The position numbers and the translations under genes were made by a program. A stretch of DNA of 64,000 bases from a virus: positions 32,001 through 96,000 of IMG/VR virus record IMGVR_UViG_3300035703_000027; one strand, given 5' to 3'. Within the stretch, counting starts at the first letter, position 1; the number at the start of each line of letters is the position of its first letter. The notes beneath the pieces are model-generated. The model did no database searches. It was not told where the DNA came from and worked only from the letters and a program-made list of their open reading frames with translations. Shown here in pieces: positions 1-8,772 of the stretch.

Positions 1-2
1 AC

Positions 3-1271
3 GACGGCGAGCAGCGTGTTTCATCGATCGGCAGCCCGAATGACTTGCGCAAGCACATCCGAGACATGTACTCGGTCGGGCATCCGGTGAGTGAAAACGC
101 GGCCGTGAACGCGGAGTATTATCCGCACCTTGATGCGGCCGTCAAGGCGATGCAGGCTCCGCACGCCCTTACCAGTGACGCCTACGTGAAGGCTATCGAG
201 GGCGCCATCGGGAAGCATGAAACCAGCACCGACCTCGGCAAGGCGTTTCACCGGCACCGGGAGGCGATGCGCAAGGCCCTGGCCGACGGCAAGGAGGTGC
301 CGGCGGCGGTGCGCAGCGAATACTTCGAGTTTGCCGACGGACCCAAGCTCCCCAAGGGGCCCCACACCGACGCCGTGATCGCCGCCGTTGCCGAGGTGAA
401 GCGCCGCCGGAAAGAGGTCGCGGACCAGATGCAGCTCATGGCCAATCAGCGCATCGAGCGACACGAGGCGTTTGCGGCCAGGTATCCGCTTCTGGGGGCA
501 GATGGCAAGCCGACAGGAATGATTGACGACAGCGCCGTGCCGCCCGAAGAATTGAAGCAGTACGAGGCGCAGCGGGACGCGGACTGGGAAGCCGTCGAGG
601 CCATTCAGCAGTCTTACAGCGCGGAGCAGGCCCGGGCCGACGTGGACAAGCTGCTGCGGGGAGCCGGCAAGGCCCGGTACACGGCGCACTTCGACCCCGA
701 AGTCAGCGACGAGCACAGGGCGGCCTACCAGAAGGCCCTGGACTACTACGCCGAGCTGGCGGGTGCTCGCGCCGGGCACCGTCACGTGGTGGTGCGCTAC
801 GTCGCCGACGGCGAGCACGGCCTGGAGGATCGCGCCTTTTACCGGAACCCTGAGATGACGATCGCCATGGGCAAGAGCCTTCCCAGGTGGCATGTTGGGC
901 AGGTTGTGGTGCACGAAATGGCGCACGGCCTGGAGTACGAGCACCCGGACAACGCCAAGGCGTCAGCGGCGTTCGTGTTCGAGCACACCGAGGATCGTTA
1001 CGAGAAGCTCAACACGCTCACGAACTCGGACAGGTTCCAGGACTATGAGGTCGCAAGGCCCGCCAAGGCCGACGGCAAGGCGCTCTGGGATCCCTACCTG
1101 GGCAAGGCTTACGGCGCAACAAAGGTCGCCCCGGGCACCATCGACGACGTGCGCGCCACAGAGCTGGTCAGCATGGGGATGGATAGACTCTATGAGGACC
1201 CCATCGCCTTCATCTCCGATCACCCCGAGCACTTCCGCGTGCTTTGGGGCATGCTGCGGTCACAGGAGTAA
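3..1271 (+). CDS. 5'-truncated large protein ending in a zincin-like metallopeptidase domain
   Basis: Frame is open from the window start (DGEQRVSSIGSPNDLRKH...). HExxH motif VVHEMAHGLE with a downstream ELVSMG acidic ligand. Confidence 0.7.
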   Translation, partial: DGEQRVSSIGSPNDLRKHIRDMYSVGHPVSENAAVNAEYYPHLDAAVKAMQAPHALTSDAYVKAIEGAIGKHETSTDLGKAFHRHREAMRKALADGKEVPAAVRSEYFEFADGPKLPKGPHTDAVIAAVAEVKRRRKEVADQMQLMANQRIERHEAFAARYPLLGADGKPTGMIDDSAVPPEELKQYEAQRDADWEAVEAIQQSYSAEQARADVDKLLRGAGKARYTAHFDPEVSDEHRAAYQKALDYYAELAGARAGHRHVVVRYVADGEHGLEDRAFYRNPEMTIAMGKSLPRWHVGQVVVHEMAHGLEYEHPDNAKASAAFVFEHTEDRYEKLNTLTNSDRFQDYEVARPAKADGKALWDPYLGKAYGATKVAPGTIDDVRATELVSMGMDRLYEDPIAFISDHPEHFRVLWGMLRSQE

Positions 1272-1274
1272 CCG

Positions 1275-1547
1275 ATGCGCATCCACCTGAGCGACGGCCT
1301 GGACACGGCCGTGCTGGACGACAGCGGACCCGAGCTGCGCTGGGAGTCCGACCGCCCGAGGCTGCGGGCTGCGCTTGATGCCTGCGTGCCCCGCTGGCGC
1401 AGCCGGGTCCAACCCCACCCCGACGACGGCACGATGCAGATCGCGAAGATGGCCGCGGCCGACTTTGCGCTGACCATCGTGAAGGTCGAAGGGGCGCGCA
1501 AGCGCCGCGCAGGGGCCGAGCCGCCCCCGCCCGGCACGGTGCTGTAG
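1275..1547 (+). CDS. small hypothetical protein coupled to the peptidase gene
   Basis: ATG 3 nt after the upstream stop, with GGAG in the upstream stop region; 90 aa. Confidence 0.7.
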   Translation: MRIHLSDGLDTAVLDDSGPELRWESDRPRLRAALDACVPRWRSRVQPHPDDGTMQIAKMAAADFALTIVKVEGARKRRAGAEPPPPGTVL

Positions 1548-1637
1548 GCCCCCCGGGAGCCGCACGCGCCGGCTCGCCTCGGCCGTTGTTTCCCCGCTGG
1601 CGCATAAGGGGTACAATCGAGGCCCGAGGAGAACGCC

Positions 1638-2498
1638 ATGGAAGCCCGACCCCCCGCGCTGTTCGGCCGCGCCGCCTTGCTGGTGGCGGCGGTGCTGTCC
1701 CTGTCATGTGCCGTCGCGGTGCCCGCGGAGGTGCTCGCGCCGCTGGCGGCGGCGTCGCCTGGCGCGTCCCCGGTGGCGGTGCCGAGCGCGGCGCCAACCG
1801 CCCCGGGCGAGGCCGCGCCGGTGCCGGCCCCCGAGGGGGGCTACCCCACGCCGGACCCGGGCGCGCGGCAGCTCCAGGTGGCGCGCGTGGTGGACGGCGA
1901 CACGATCCAGCTCGTGGAGGGCGGCAAGCGCTTTTCGGTGCGCCTCATCGGGATCGACACGCCGGAGACGGTGCACCCGAGCAAGGGCGTGGAGTGCTAC
2001 GGGCCGGAGGCGTCGGCGTTCGTGAAGGGCCTGCTGACGGGCAAGGTGGTGGCCTACGGGACGGACCCGACGCAGGGCGAGACGGACAAGTACGGGCGCG
2101 GCCTGGGCTACGTCTGGTACGAGGGGCGGCTGGTGAACCAGGAGATCGTGCAGCGGGGGCTCGGGCGCGAGTACACCTACGCGAAGCCCTACCGCTACCA
2201 GCGGGAGTTCCGGGCCGTCGAGGCCAGCGCCCGCGCGGCCGGGCTGGGCCTCTGGGGTGGGGCCTGCCCGCAGACGTTCGAGTTCAGGACCCGCACCGAG
2301 CCGCTGGACGGGCCGGCCCTGGTCGATGTGGACAGCCTCCCCGACGCGCCGGAGTACGTCGCGCCTTCGATCGCGGTGAGCCTCCCCGCCGTGGCAAGCC
2401 CGGAGCCGTACAACCCCTGCGGCCCGGGGATGGTCTGGGTGGACGGCTACACGCGCAAGGATGGCCGATCCGTGAAGGGCTACTGCCGGCGCAAGTGA
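1638..2498 (+). CDS. exported/lipoprotein thermonuclease (staphylococcal nuclease family)
   Basis: Signal peptide with LSC; motifs VVDGDTI, VRLIGIDTPE, DKYGRGLGYV, ARAAGLGLW; RBS GAGGAG; TACAAT at 1612-1617. Confidence 0.9.
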   Translation: MEARPPALFGRAALLVAAVLSLSCAVAVPAEVLAPLAAASPGASPVAVPSAAPTAPGEAAPVPAPEGGYPTPDPGARQLQVARVVDGDTIQLVEGGKRFSVRLIGIDTPETVHPSKGVECYGPEASAFVKGLLTGKVVAYGTDPTQGETDKYGRGLGYVWYEGRLVNQEIVQRGLGREYTYAKPYRYQREFRAVEASARAAGLGLWGGACPQTFEFRTRTEPLDGPALVDVDSLPDAPEYVAPSIAVSLPAVASPEPYNPCGPGMVWVDGYTRKDGRSVKGYCRRK

Positions 2499-2522
2499 CG
2501 CGCTTGGCCCGCTGCCGCAGGC

Positions 2523-2834
2523 CTACCAGTCCGGCTCGACCGAGGTCGTCTCGATGCCGCCGCCGGCCGGCATCACCGTGTAGAGGCGGTTCTCGACCCG
2601 GTAGACGCACTCGCCCGTCCACGTGTCGAGCCGCACGTTGCGGTGGTTGAAGCTGGCGTAGCGGCCCGGGAAGGGCATGTCGAACGCCACGATCGCGAGG
2701 TACAGCCCCGCGGCCGTGAGCAGCGCGACCTGGAGCCGTGACAGCGGGGCCTCGCGGGCGCGCCGGTAGCACTCGGGGCACACCGTGGTCGCACGGGGCG
2801 GCGTCTCGGGGCTGGGTGGCGGGGTGGTCGTCAT
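2523..2834 (-). CDS. small membrane protein
   Basis: ATG 2834 behind a CAGGAGG RBS; one hydrophobic segment (VALLTAAGLYLAIVAF); CPEC motif. Confidence 0.6.
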   Translation of the reverse strand: MTTTPPPSPETPPRATTVCPECYRRAREAPLSRLQVALLTAAGLYLAIVAFDMPFPGRYASFNHRNVRLDTWTGECVYRVENRLYTVMPAGGGIETTSVEPDW

Positions 2835-2912
2835 GGTGGGGCCCTCCTGACCACAGCCATACCCCGCCGCCGGGCGGACCACGCCGGCCCCGGAGCGATG
2901 CGCCCGCGTCGT

Positions 2913-2952
2913 GGCAATCAGGCGATCGCCCGGGCGCCAACGGTGGCACGCT
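2913..2952 (+). promoter_or_regulatory. class A promoter GGCAA-N29-CACGCT
   Basis: GGCAA 2913-2917, CACGCT 2947-2952, upstream of ATG 2974. Confidence 0.55.
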
Positions 2953-2973
2953 AGAGGCTGCCCGGAGGTAGCC

Positions 2974-5900
2974 ATGGCCCTGACGTTGCGTGTCCCGACC
3001 CGCCTGCTGAACCGCGACGAGCTGCTCTCGCTGCTCAAGTCGCTCAGCCACACCCGCGCGCACACGCGCCAGACGAAGTACGGCGCGCAGTGGGTGCACG
3101 ACTACTTCCGGCAGAGCAAGGAGGAGCGGGCGGCCCTGGTGGGCAAGCTCGCCAGGAAGCTCGCCCGGGGCGACCACCACGAGGCCATCGGCACGCTCGC
3201 GCAGGCCACGCTGGTGGCGAAGCGCATCAGCCGGCAGGCGCCCATCGACGTGCACGTGACGCAGGACGCGGACGGGCGCTACGGGGTGACGGCGAAGCCG
3301 AAGGCGACGCTCGCCATGCCGGTGGTGGCGTCGGCCGGCAAGGCCTACGTGGAGCACCCGGTGGCCGGCCGCGTCGAGATGAACGCGGTGCTCGCGGGCC
3401 GGGGGCTGCACCAGGTCGGGCGCAAGACGCTGGAGAAGCACGCGCACGTCGTGGCGACGATCGACGGGACGGACCACGCCACGGCGCTTGCCAAGCTGCA
3501 CGGCCAGCAGCGCGAGGCGATCGCCGCCCGGCTGGCGGCCGGCAAGACGGTGGCGGCCCGGGTGGTGGCGCCCCACGATTCTGCGTTGCACGCGCAGCTC
3601 GCCGGGGTGAAGGCGGAGCGGGCCCGCAAGGCGGAGCAGCGTCAGGCGGTCCGGCTGGCGCGCCAGGCGGAGCGCGAGGCGCGCGCGCAGCGCAACCTGG
3701 CGCGCGAGCAGCAGCGCACGGTGCGCAGGGCCGAGCAGAACCGGGCGCGCGCCGAGAAGCGGCGCACGGGCACAGGCCGCAAGCCCGGCGCGCAGCCGGG
3801 GAACGACAACGCCCAGGGTGCGCACGAAGTGCCCGCCTGGGCGCAGGGCGAGCGTACGCTGCCCACCTGGTCCTTCGGGGACGGCGGGGCGCGGCACGTC
3901 GCGGGGCTCGTCAAGGACGCGCTGGGCGAGCACGCGTTCCCGCAGACCACTGCATCGGCACCGGGCGCCATGGCCTATGTTTCGTGGCCGATGGGCGGCT
4001 ACAGCTACAACCTGGAGGTACGCCCCACCGCCGGCAACGTCATGGTGGCCTCGCTGGTGGCGCAGGACGGCAAGGGCCAGCAGGCGACGGTGTGGGAGCG
4101 GGCGGTGGACGGCACGCGTGACGACACCGAGGCCGCCCTGAAGGAGGGCGCCGGGGTGGCGCTGGTGCATGCGGGCCTGAAGGCCGGCACCCTGCCGCCC
4201 CTGCCCGAGCGCTGGTGGGCGCCGAAGCCGCCCGAGGTGGCGCCCACGCCCGAGGTGAAGCCGGCGGCCGAGAAGAAGCCGCGCGTCCGCAGCGGCAAGA
4301 AGGCCGGCGCGCAGCCCGGGAACGACAACGCCAAGGGGCCGCACGACGTGGAGCCGGCCGCCGAGGTGGCGAACCTGCACGCGCACCGGCACGACCTCGC
4401 GGAGCTGGTCAAGGCTGCGCTGGGGCCGGCCGGGGCGCGGCTGCGGGTGCAGGACTTCGCCCCGCGCGGACAGGGGGGCGTGCGGTCGATCATGGGACTT
4501 TCGGGCGCGGACCGGAAGGCGGCTATCGACGGGGTGGTGGGCCCCGGCAGTGCCCTGGAGATCGTAAGCGGCGAGCAGGGCGGGCCGGTCGAGCTGAGCT
4601 GGAGCATGCGGGGGGTCGCAGGGGTCGAGGAGAGCTACAGCCTGAAGGCCACGCCGGGTGGCGAGGTCGAGCTGGGGATGTGGCGCACCGACTACGACAA
4701 CCCGGACGCCAGCGGCTACGTGCCGCTGTGGCGCCAGCCGGCGGGGGCCTCGCTCGCGGAGGTGCAGGCCGCCCTTGCGGCGGGTGCCGAGGCAGCCCTG
4801 GTGCACGCCGGCGAGCGGGGGGACCAGGAGCTGCCGCCGCTGGGCGACGACACGGGCCGCAAGCCCGGCGCGCAGCCCGGGAACGACAACGCCAAGGGCA
4901 CCCGCGGCAAGAAGAAGGAGCGCGCGCCTCTGGCGACCCGGGACATCGCCGGCATGTCGCTGGAGGAGGTCAAGGCGCTCGTCGAGGACACCGCGTCCAT
5001 GCTGGATGGCAACACCGTCTACGACGGCGTGGTGATGGTCCAGGACGGCGCCGGGTTCAACGCGACGGACCACCACGCGGCGCTGCGCTGGCTGGGGCAG
5101 CACTACAAGACGGACCTCGACTACGTGCTGATGGCGCAGTCGCTCATCAAGTACAAGGGGCAGTACCTCGACGATCGCGCGGAGGTGTTCAAGGCGCTGG
5201 TGCGGGCGGCGGCCCCCGAGGACGGTGGTTCCGGGCCGCGCTTCAAGTGGAACATCAAGGCGGCGGGCTGGGTGCTCGGCAACGGGGACGTGCAGGGTGA
5301 GCGCCCGCCCATGTGCGTCTACGCCAAGGGCGAGGGCCAGTACGGGGTGCAGTTCAAGTACAACGCCGACTTCGTGGACGGCATCAAGCGGCTGGTGCCG
5401 CCAGGTCAGCGCACGTGGGACTCCGCCCGCAAGGAGTGGACCGTCAGCGCCCTGGGGGCGAACAAGCTGCTTGGGGAGTTTGGGCACCGGGTCGGGATCG
5501 ACTTCGAGGGGCACCAGGCCCTCGCGGCGGCGATGGAGTCCGAGGCGGGTGAAGCCGCCAAGAAGGAAGCCGCCGAGGCCGAGAAGCGCGCGGCCGAGCT
5601 GGCGGAGGCGCGGGTGCTGATGGGCGACGAGGTGCCGCAGGACGGAGAGTACGTGCTGCGGGGGCTCAAGGTCATCAAGGCGGCGCCTTACGTCACGCTG
5701 GAGGCGGTGCCGGGCTACGCGACCAACTACCAGGTGGCAGTGAAGTTCAACCAGTTCGACCCCGAGTTCAAGGATCGGCTCAAGGGGGCGGTGCGGGCGC
5801 GCTGGGAGCCTGCTTACAAGTCGTGGCTGGTGGACGCCCGCGAGGTGCGGGAGGTGCTCGCGCTGTTCCCGGGGGCCGGCATGGACGCCGCGGTGTACGA

Positions 5901-8460
5901 GGCCCACGGAGCCCTGCTTTCGGAGTCCGACGACGACCTCCGGCGGGCGCTGGGCATGTTCCCGGTCGTGAGCAAGGAGAACACCGACTTCCAGGAGCCG
6001 GCGGGCTGGTCCACGCACACGATGCACGACTACCAGCGCAAGGGTGCCAACTGGCTGCTGGAGACGAAGAAGGGGATCCTGGGGTTCGGGGTGGGGCTCG
6101 GCAAGTGCCTGGGGCACGGGACGCCGGTCATGATGGCCGACGGGAGCATCAAGCCGGTGCAGGACATCGTGAATGGCGATCGCGTGATGGGGCCGGACTC
6201 GGCGCCGCGGACCGTCATGGGGGTCAACCGGGGCCGCGGGCCGCTCTACCGCATCGAGCCCGTGAAGGGCGACGCCTGGGTCTGCAACGACGTGCACGTG
6301 CTGACGCTGCGCCAGAGCGTGGGCGGGGCGGTGTTCGACATTCCGCTGGACCAGTACCTCGCGCACAAGGACACGCGGGCGCTACGCGACGCCAAGCTGT
6401 TCCGGGTGCCGGTGGAGTTCCCGGCCCGGGCGACGGCGCTCGACCCCTACATCCTCGGGGTGTGGCTCGGGGATGGAAACTCGCACCGGCCGAACATCCA
6501 CACGGTGGACGAGCCGGTGATCGAGTACCTGGTGCGCGAGGCGCCGAAGTACGGCGTGGAGGCGAAGGTAAGCCCGCAGCGGACGTGCACGGACGTGTAC
6601 ATGACGACGGCACGGGGCAGTCGGCAGCGCAACGTGGTGCTGGAGGAGGTCCGGCGCTGCTGGGTGGGCGAGGAGAAGCGCATCCCGGCGGACTATCTGC
6701 GCAACGGGCGCGAGGCACGGCTGTTGCTGCTCGCCGGGCTTATCGACACGGACGGCCACCTGACGGGCGGGTGTTACGAGGTCATCACCAAGTTCCCCGG
6801 GTTGCGGGACGACGTGCTCTACCTGGCGCGCAGCCTCGGCTTCGCGGCGTATGCCTCACGGAAGGTGGCGACCATCAAGGCGACCGGCTTCGAGGGGGTG
6901 TACTGGCGCGTCGTCATCAGCGGCGAGCTGGATCAGGTGCCGTGCCGGGTGGCGCGCAAGCAGGCCCCGCCGCGGCGCAGCAAGAAGCTCGTGACCAACA
7001 CGGGGTTCACGGCGGTGCCGCTCGGGGAGGGCGACTACTACGGCTTCACGCTGGACGGTGATGGCCGGTTTTTGCTCGGGGACTTCACGGTCACGCACAA
7101 CACCAACATCAGCATCGCGGCGGCCTGCAAGGCGCAGGAAGAGCACCCGGGCCGGCCTGCTATCTGCGTGGTGCCCGGCAAGCGCCTGTATGGCTGGAAG
7201 GCGGACATCGAGGCGGCGATGCCGGGCAAAAAGGTGTTCGTGTTCGACCAGGGCACCTCAGAGCGCGAGCAGATCAAGAAGGCGGGCGACCTGAGCCAGT
7301 ACGACTTCATCGTCGTGACCTACCGGATGCAGACGATCGAGAAGGACCACCTGGTGGGCCTGAAGCCCAGCGTGGTCATCTACGACGAGGCGCACAAGCT
7401 CAAGAACAAGAAGGCCCAGCAGTCGCAGGCAGCGGCGGAGCTGTCGGCGGCGGCGCCCTATGTGTGGGACCTGACGGCCACGCCGATGCCCAACCGGCCG
7501 GACGAGCTGATGGCCCTCATTCAGCGCAACCACGGCAAGAAGGCCATCCCGTCCAAGGACCTGTGGAACCGCTACTACAAGGTCGAAAAGAGCCGGTTCG
7601 GCTCGAAGGTGGTGGGCATCAAGGATCCCGAGGGCCTTAAGCAGGCGATCGCGCCGTTCGTGTTCATGAAGCGGGGCGACGACGCGGACGTGAACCTCAA
7701 TCTGCCGCCGCTGCGCAAGGGGCGCACGGTGCTGGAGCAGACGCAGTTCGAGCCGGATCAGCGCAGGGCGTACAACAGCGCTGCCGCGAACGTCCTGGCC
7801 TACATCAAGAGCATCGGGGGCAACCCGACGGCGGCGCAGCGGGCGGAGGCGCTGGTGCGCATGGGCAAGCTGGAGCAGATTGCCATCACGCCGGAGCTGG
7901 TGGATCCGACCTACAGCAAGCGGACGCCGAAGATACAGGAGATGCTCGACGAGATCGAGAACCGGGAGGGCGAGTTCCCGGGCAAGGGCCACGTGGTGTT
8001 CTGCCGGTTCGCGCAGGCCCTCCAGATTGCGAAGCGCGAGGCCCTCGCGGACGGGATGTTCAGGCCGGATGAGATCGCCATCATCGACGGGGCCACGTCC
8101 AAGCCGGACGTGCAGCGCATCCAGGACGCCCTGAACGCGGGCCGGCTGAAGCTGGTGCTGTGCTCGGATGCGGCGATGGAGGGCCTGAACTTCCAGCGGG
8201 GCTCGAATCACATGGTGCACCTCGACACCCCGTGGAGCCCGTACATGCAAGAGCAGCGCGACGGCCGGGTGTACCGGCAGGGCCAGCAGGAGCCGGTGCG
8301 CATCCAGACCATCGCGCAGGGCCCGATCGACCAGCATAAGGACACCCTGTCGATGCGCAAGGAGCGCATGAACGCGCAACTGTTCGGCAAGCAAGACGAG
8401 GAGGCCGCGGCCGCCGCCGTGACGGTGGCCGACCTCATGACGATGGCCCGGGAGGTGTAG
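2974..8460 (+). CDS. giant SNF2/SWI2-family helicase with diverged cargo leader, internal repeats, two HARP-like domains and an intein
   Basis: RBS GGAGG before ATG 2974. Walker A GVGLGK|T is split by an intein. Motifs YDEAH, LTATPMPN, EGLNFQ...PWSP...QRDGRVYRQGQ. LLK/SL near the N-terminus. Confidence 0.9.
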   Translation: MALTLRVPTRLLNRDELLSLLKSLSHTRAHTRQTKYGAQWVHDYFRQSKEERAALVGKLARKLARGDHHEAIGTLAQATLVAKRISRQAPIDVHVTQDADGRYGVTAKPKATLAMPVVASAGKAYVEHPVAGRVEMNAVLAGRGLHQVGRKTLEKHAHVVATIDGTDHATALAKLHGQQREAIAARLAAGKTVAARVVAPHDSALHAQLAGVKAERARKAEQRQAVRLARQAEREARAQRNLAREQQRTVRRAEQNRARAEKRRTGTGRKPGAQPGNDNAQGAHEVPAWAQGERTLPTWSFGDGGARHVAGLVKDALGEHAFPQTTASAPGAMAYVSWPMGGYSYNLEVRPTAGNVMVASLVAQDGKGQQATVWERAVDGTRDDTEAALKEGAGVALVHAGLKAGTLPPLPERWWAPKPPEVAPTPEVKPAAEKKPRVRSGKKAGAQPGNDNAKGPHDVEPAAEVANLHAHRHDLAELVKAALGPAGARLRVQDFAPRGQGGVRSIMGLSGADRKAAIDGVVGPGSALEIVSGEQGGPVELSWSMRGVAGVEESYSLKATPGGEVELGMWRTDYDNPDASGYVPLWRQPAGASLAEVQAALAAGAEAALVHAGERGDQELPPLGDDTGRKPGAQPGNDNAKGTRGKKKERAPLATRDIAGMSLEEVKALVEDTASMLDGNTVYDGVVMVQDGAGFNATDHHAALRWLGQHYKTDLDYVLMAQSLIKYKGQYLDDRAEVFKALVRAAAPEDGGSGPRFKWNIKAAGWVLGNGDVQGERPPMCVYAKGEGQYGVQFKYNADFVDGIKRLVPPGQRTWDSARKEWTVSALGANKLLGEFGHRVGIDFEGHQALAAAMESEAGEAAKKEAAEAEKRAAELAEARVLMGDEVPQDGEYVLRGLKVIKAAPYVTLEAVPGYATNYQVAVKFNQFDPEFKDRLKGAVRARWEPAYKSWLVDAREVREVLALFPGAGMDAAVYEAHGALLSESDDDLRRALGMFPVVSKENTDFQEPAGWSTHTMHDYQRKGANWLLETKKGILGFGVGLGKCLGHGTPVMMADGSIKPVQDIVNGDRVMGPDSAPRTVMGVNRGRGPLYRIEPVKGDAWVCNDVHVLTLRQSVGGAVFDIPLDQYLAHKDTRALRDAKLFRVPVEFPARATALDPYILGVWLGDGNSHRPNIHTVDEPVIEYLVREAPKYGVEAKVSPQRTCTDVYMTTARGSRQRNVVLEEVRRCWVGEEKRIPADYLRNGREARLLLLAGLIDTDGHLTGGCYEVITKFPGLRDDVLYLARSLGFAAYASRKVATIKATGFEGVYWRVVISGELDQVPCRVARKQAPPRRSKKLVTNTGFTAVPLGEGDYYGFTLDGDGRFLLGDFTVTHNTNISIAAACKAQEEHPGRPAICVVPGKRLYGWKADIEAAMPGKKVFVFDQGTSEREQIKKAGDLSQYDFIVVTYRMQTIEKDHLVGLKPSVVIYDEAHKLKNKKAQQSQAAAELSAAAPYVWDLTATPMPNRPDELMALIQRNHGKKAIPSKDLWNRYYKVEKSRFGSKVVGIKDPEGLKQAIAPFVFMKRGDDADVNLNLPPLRKGRTVLEQTQFEPDQRRAYNSAAANVLAYIKSIGGNPTAAQRAEALVRMGKLEQIAITPELVDPTYSKRTPKIQEMLDEIENREGEFPGKGHVVFCRFAQALQIAKREALADGMFRPDEIAIIDGATSKPDVQRIQDALNAGRLKLVLCSDAAMEGLNFQRGSNHMVHLDTPWSPYMQEQRDGRVYRQGQQEPVRIQTIAQGPIDQHKDTLSMRKERMNAQLFGKQDEEAAAAAVTVADLMTMAREV
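3775..4899 (+). repeat. three copies of the peptide repeat G(R/K)K(P/A)GAQPGNDNA(Q/K)G separating duplicated domains
   Basis: Near-identical 45-nt units at 3775, 4294 and 4855. The two intervening domains both end in ...AALVHAG. Confidence 0.85.
6106..7101 (+). mobile_element. intein with LAGLIDADG homing endonuclease (332 aa)
   Basis: Starts CLGHGTPV, ends DFTVTHN followed by Thr. PYILGVWLGDG and LLAGLIDTDG blocks are present. Confidence 0.93.
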
Positions 8461-8462
8461 CC

Positions 8463-8711
8463 GTGGCGCTGCTTTCAAAAGACGTGATCCTGCACATGCT
8501 CTACTGGGGCCAGAGCACGGCCCACCGGCTGGCCTACTTCGAGCCCGAGGCCTATGCCGACCTGAAGGAGAGCCTCGCGGCGCTGGGGCTGGCTGCCGAG
8601 GCCCCGCCGTGGATCGACGAGCCGGCCGACGCCGGGTACGCGGCGCAGCGTGCCGCGCGTCTCGCGGCGCTGGAGCGTGACGAGGACGACGGGGGCGCCG
8701 ACGGGGAGTAG
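8463..8711 (+). CDS. small acidic hypothetical protein
   Basis: GTG 2 nt after the helicase stop, with GGAGG upstream; 82 aa. Confidence 0.65.
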   Translation: MALLSKDVILHMLYWGQSTAHRLAYFEPEAYADLKESLAALGLAAEAPPWIDEPADAGYAAQRAARLAALERDEDDGGADGE

Positions 8712-8713
8712 CT

Positions 8714-8753
8714 GGCAAACACCCGGCCCCCGTGGCGCGCGCTGCGCTACGCT
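8714..8753 (+). promoter_or_regulatory. class A promoter GGCAA-N29-TACGCT
   Basis: GGCAA 8714-8718, TACGCT 8748-8753. Confidence 0.7.
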
Positions 8754-8772
8754 GGGGCCGGAGGGTGTCGCC

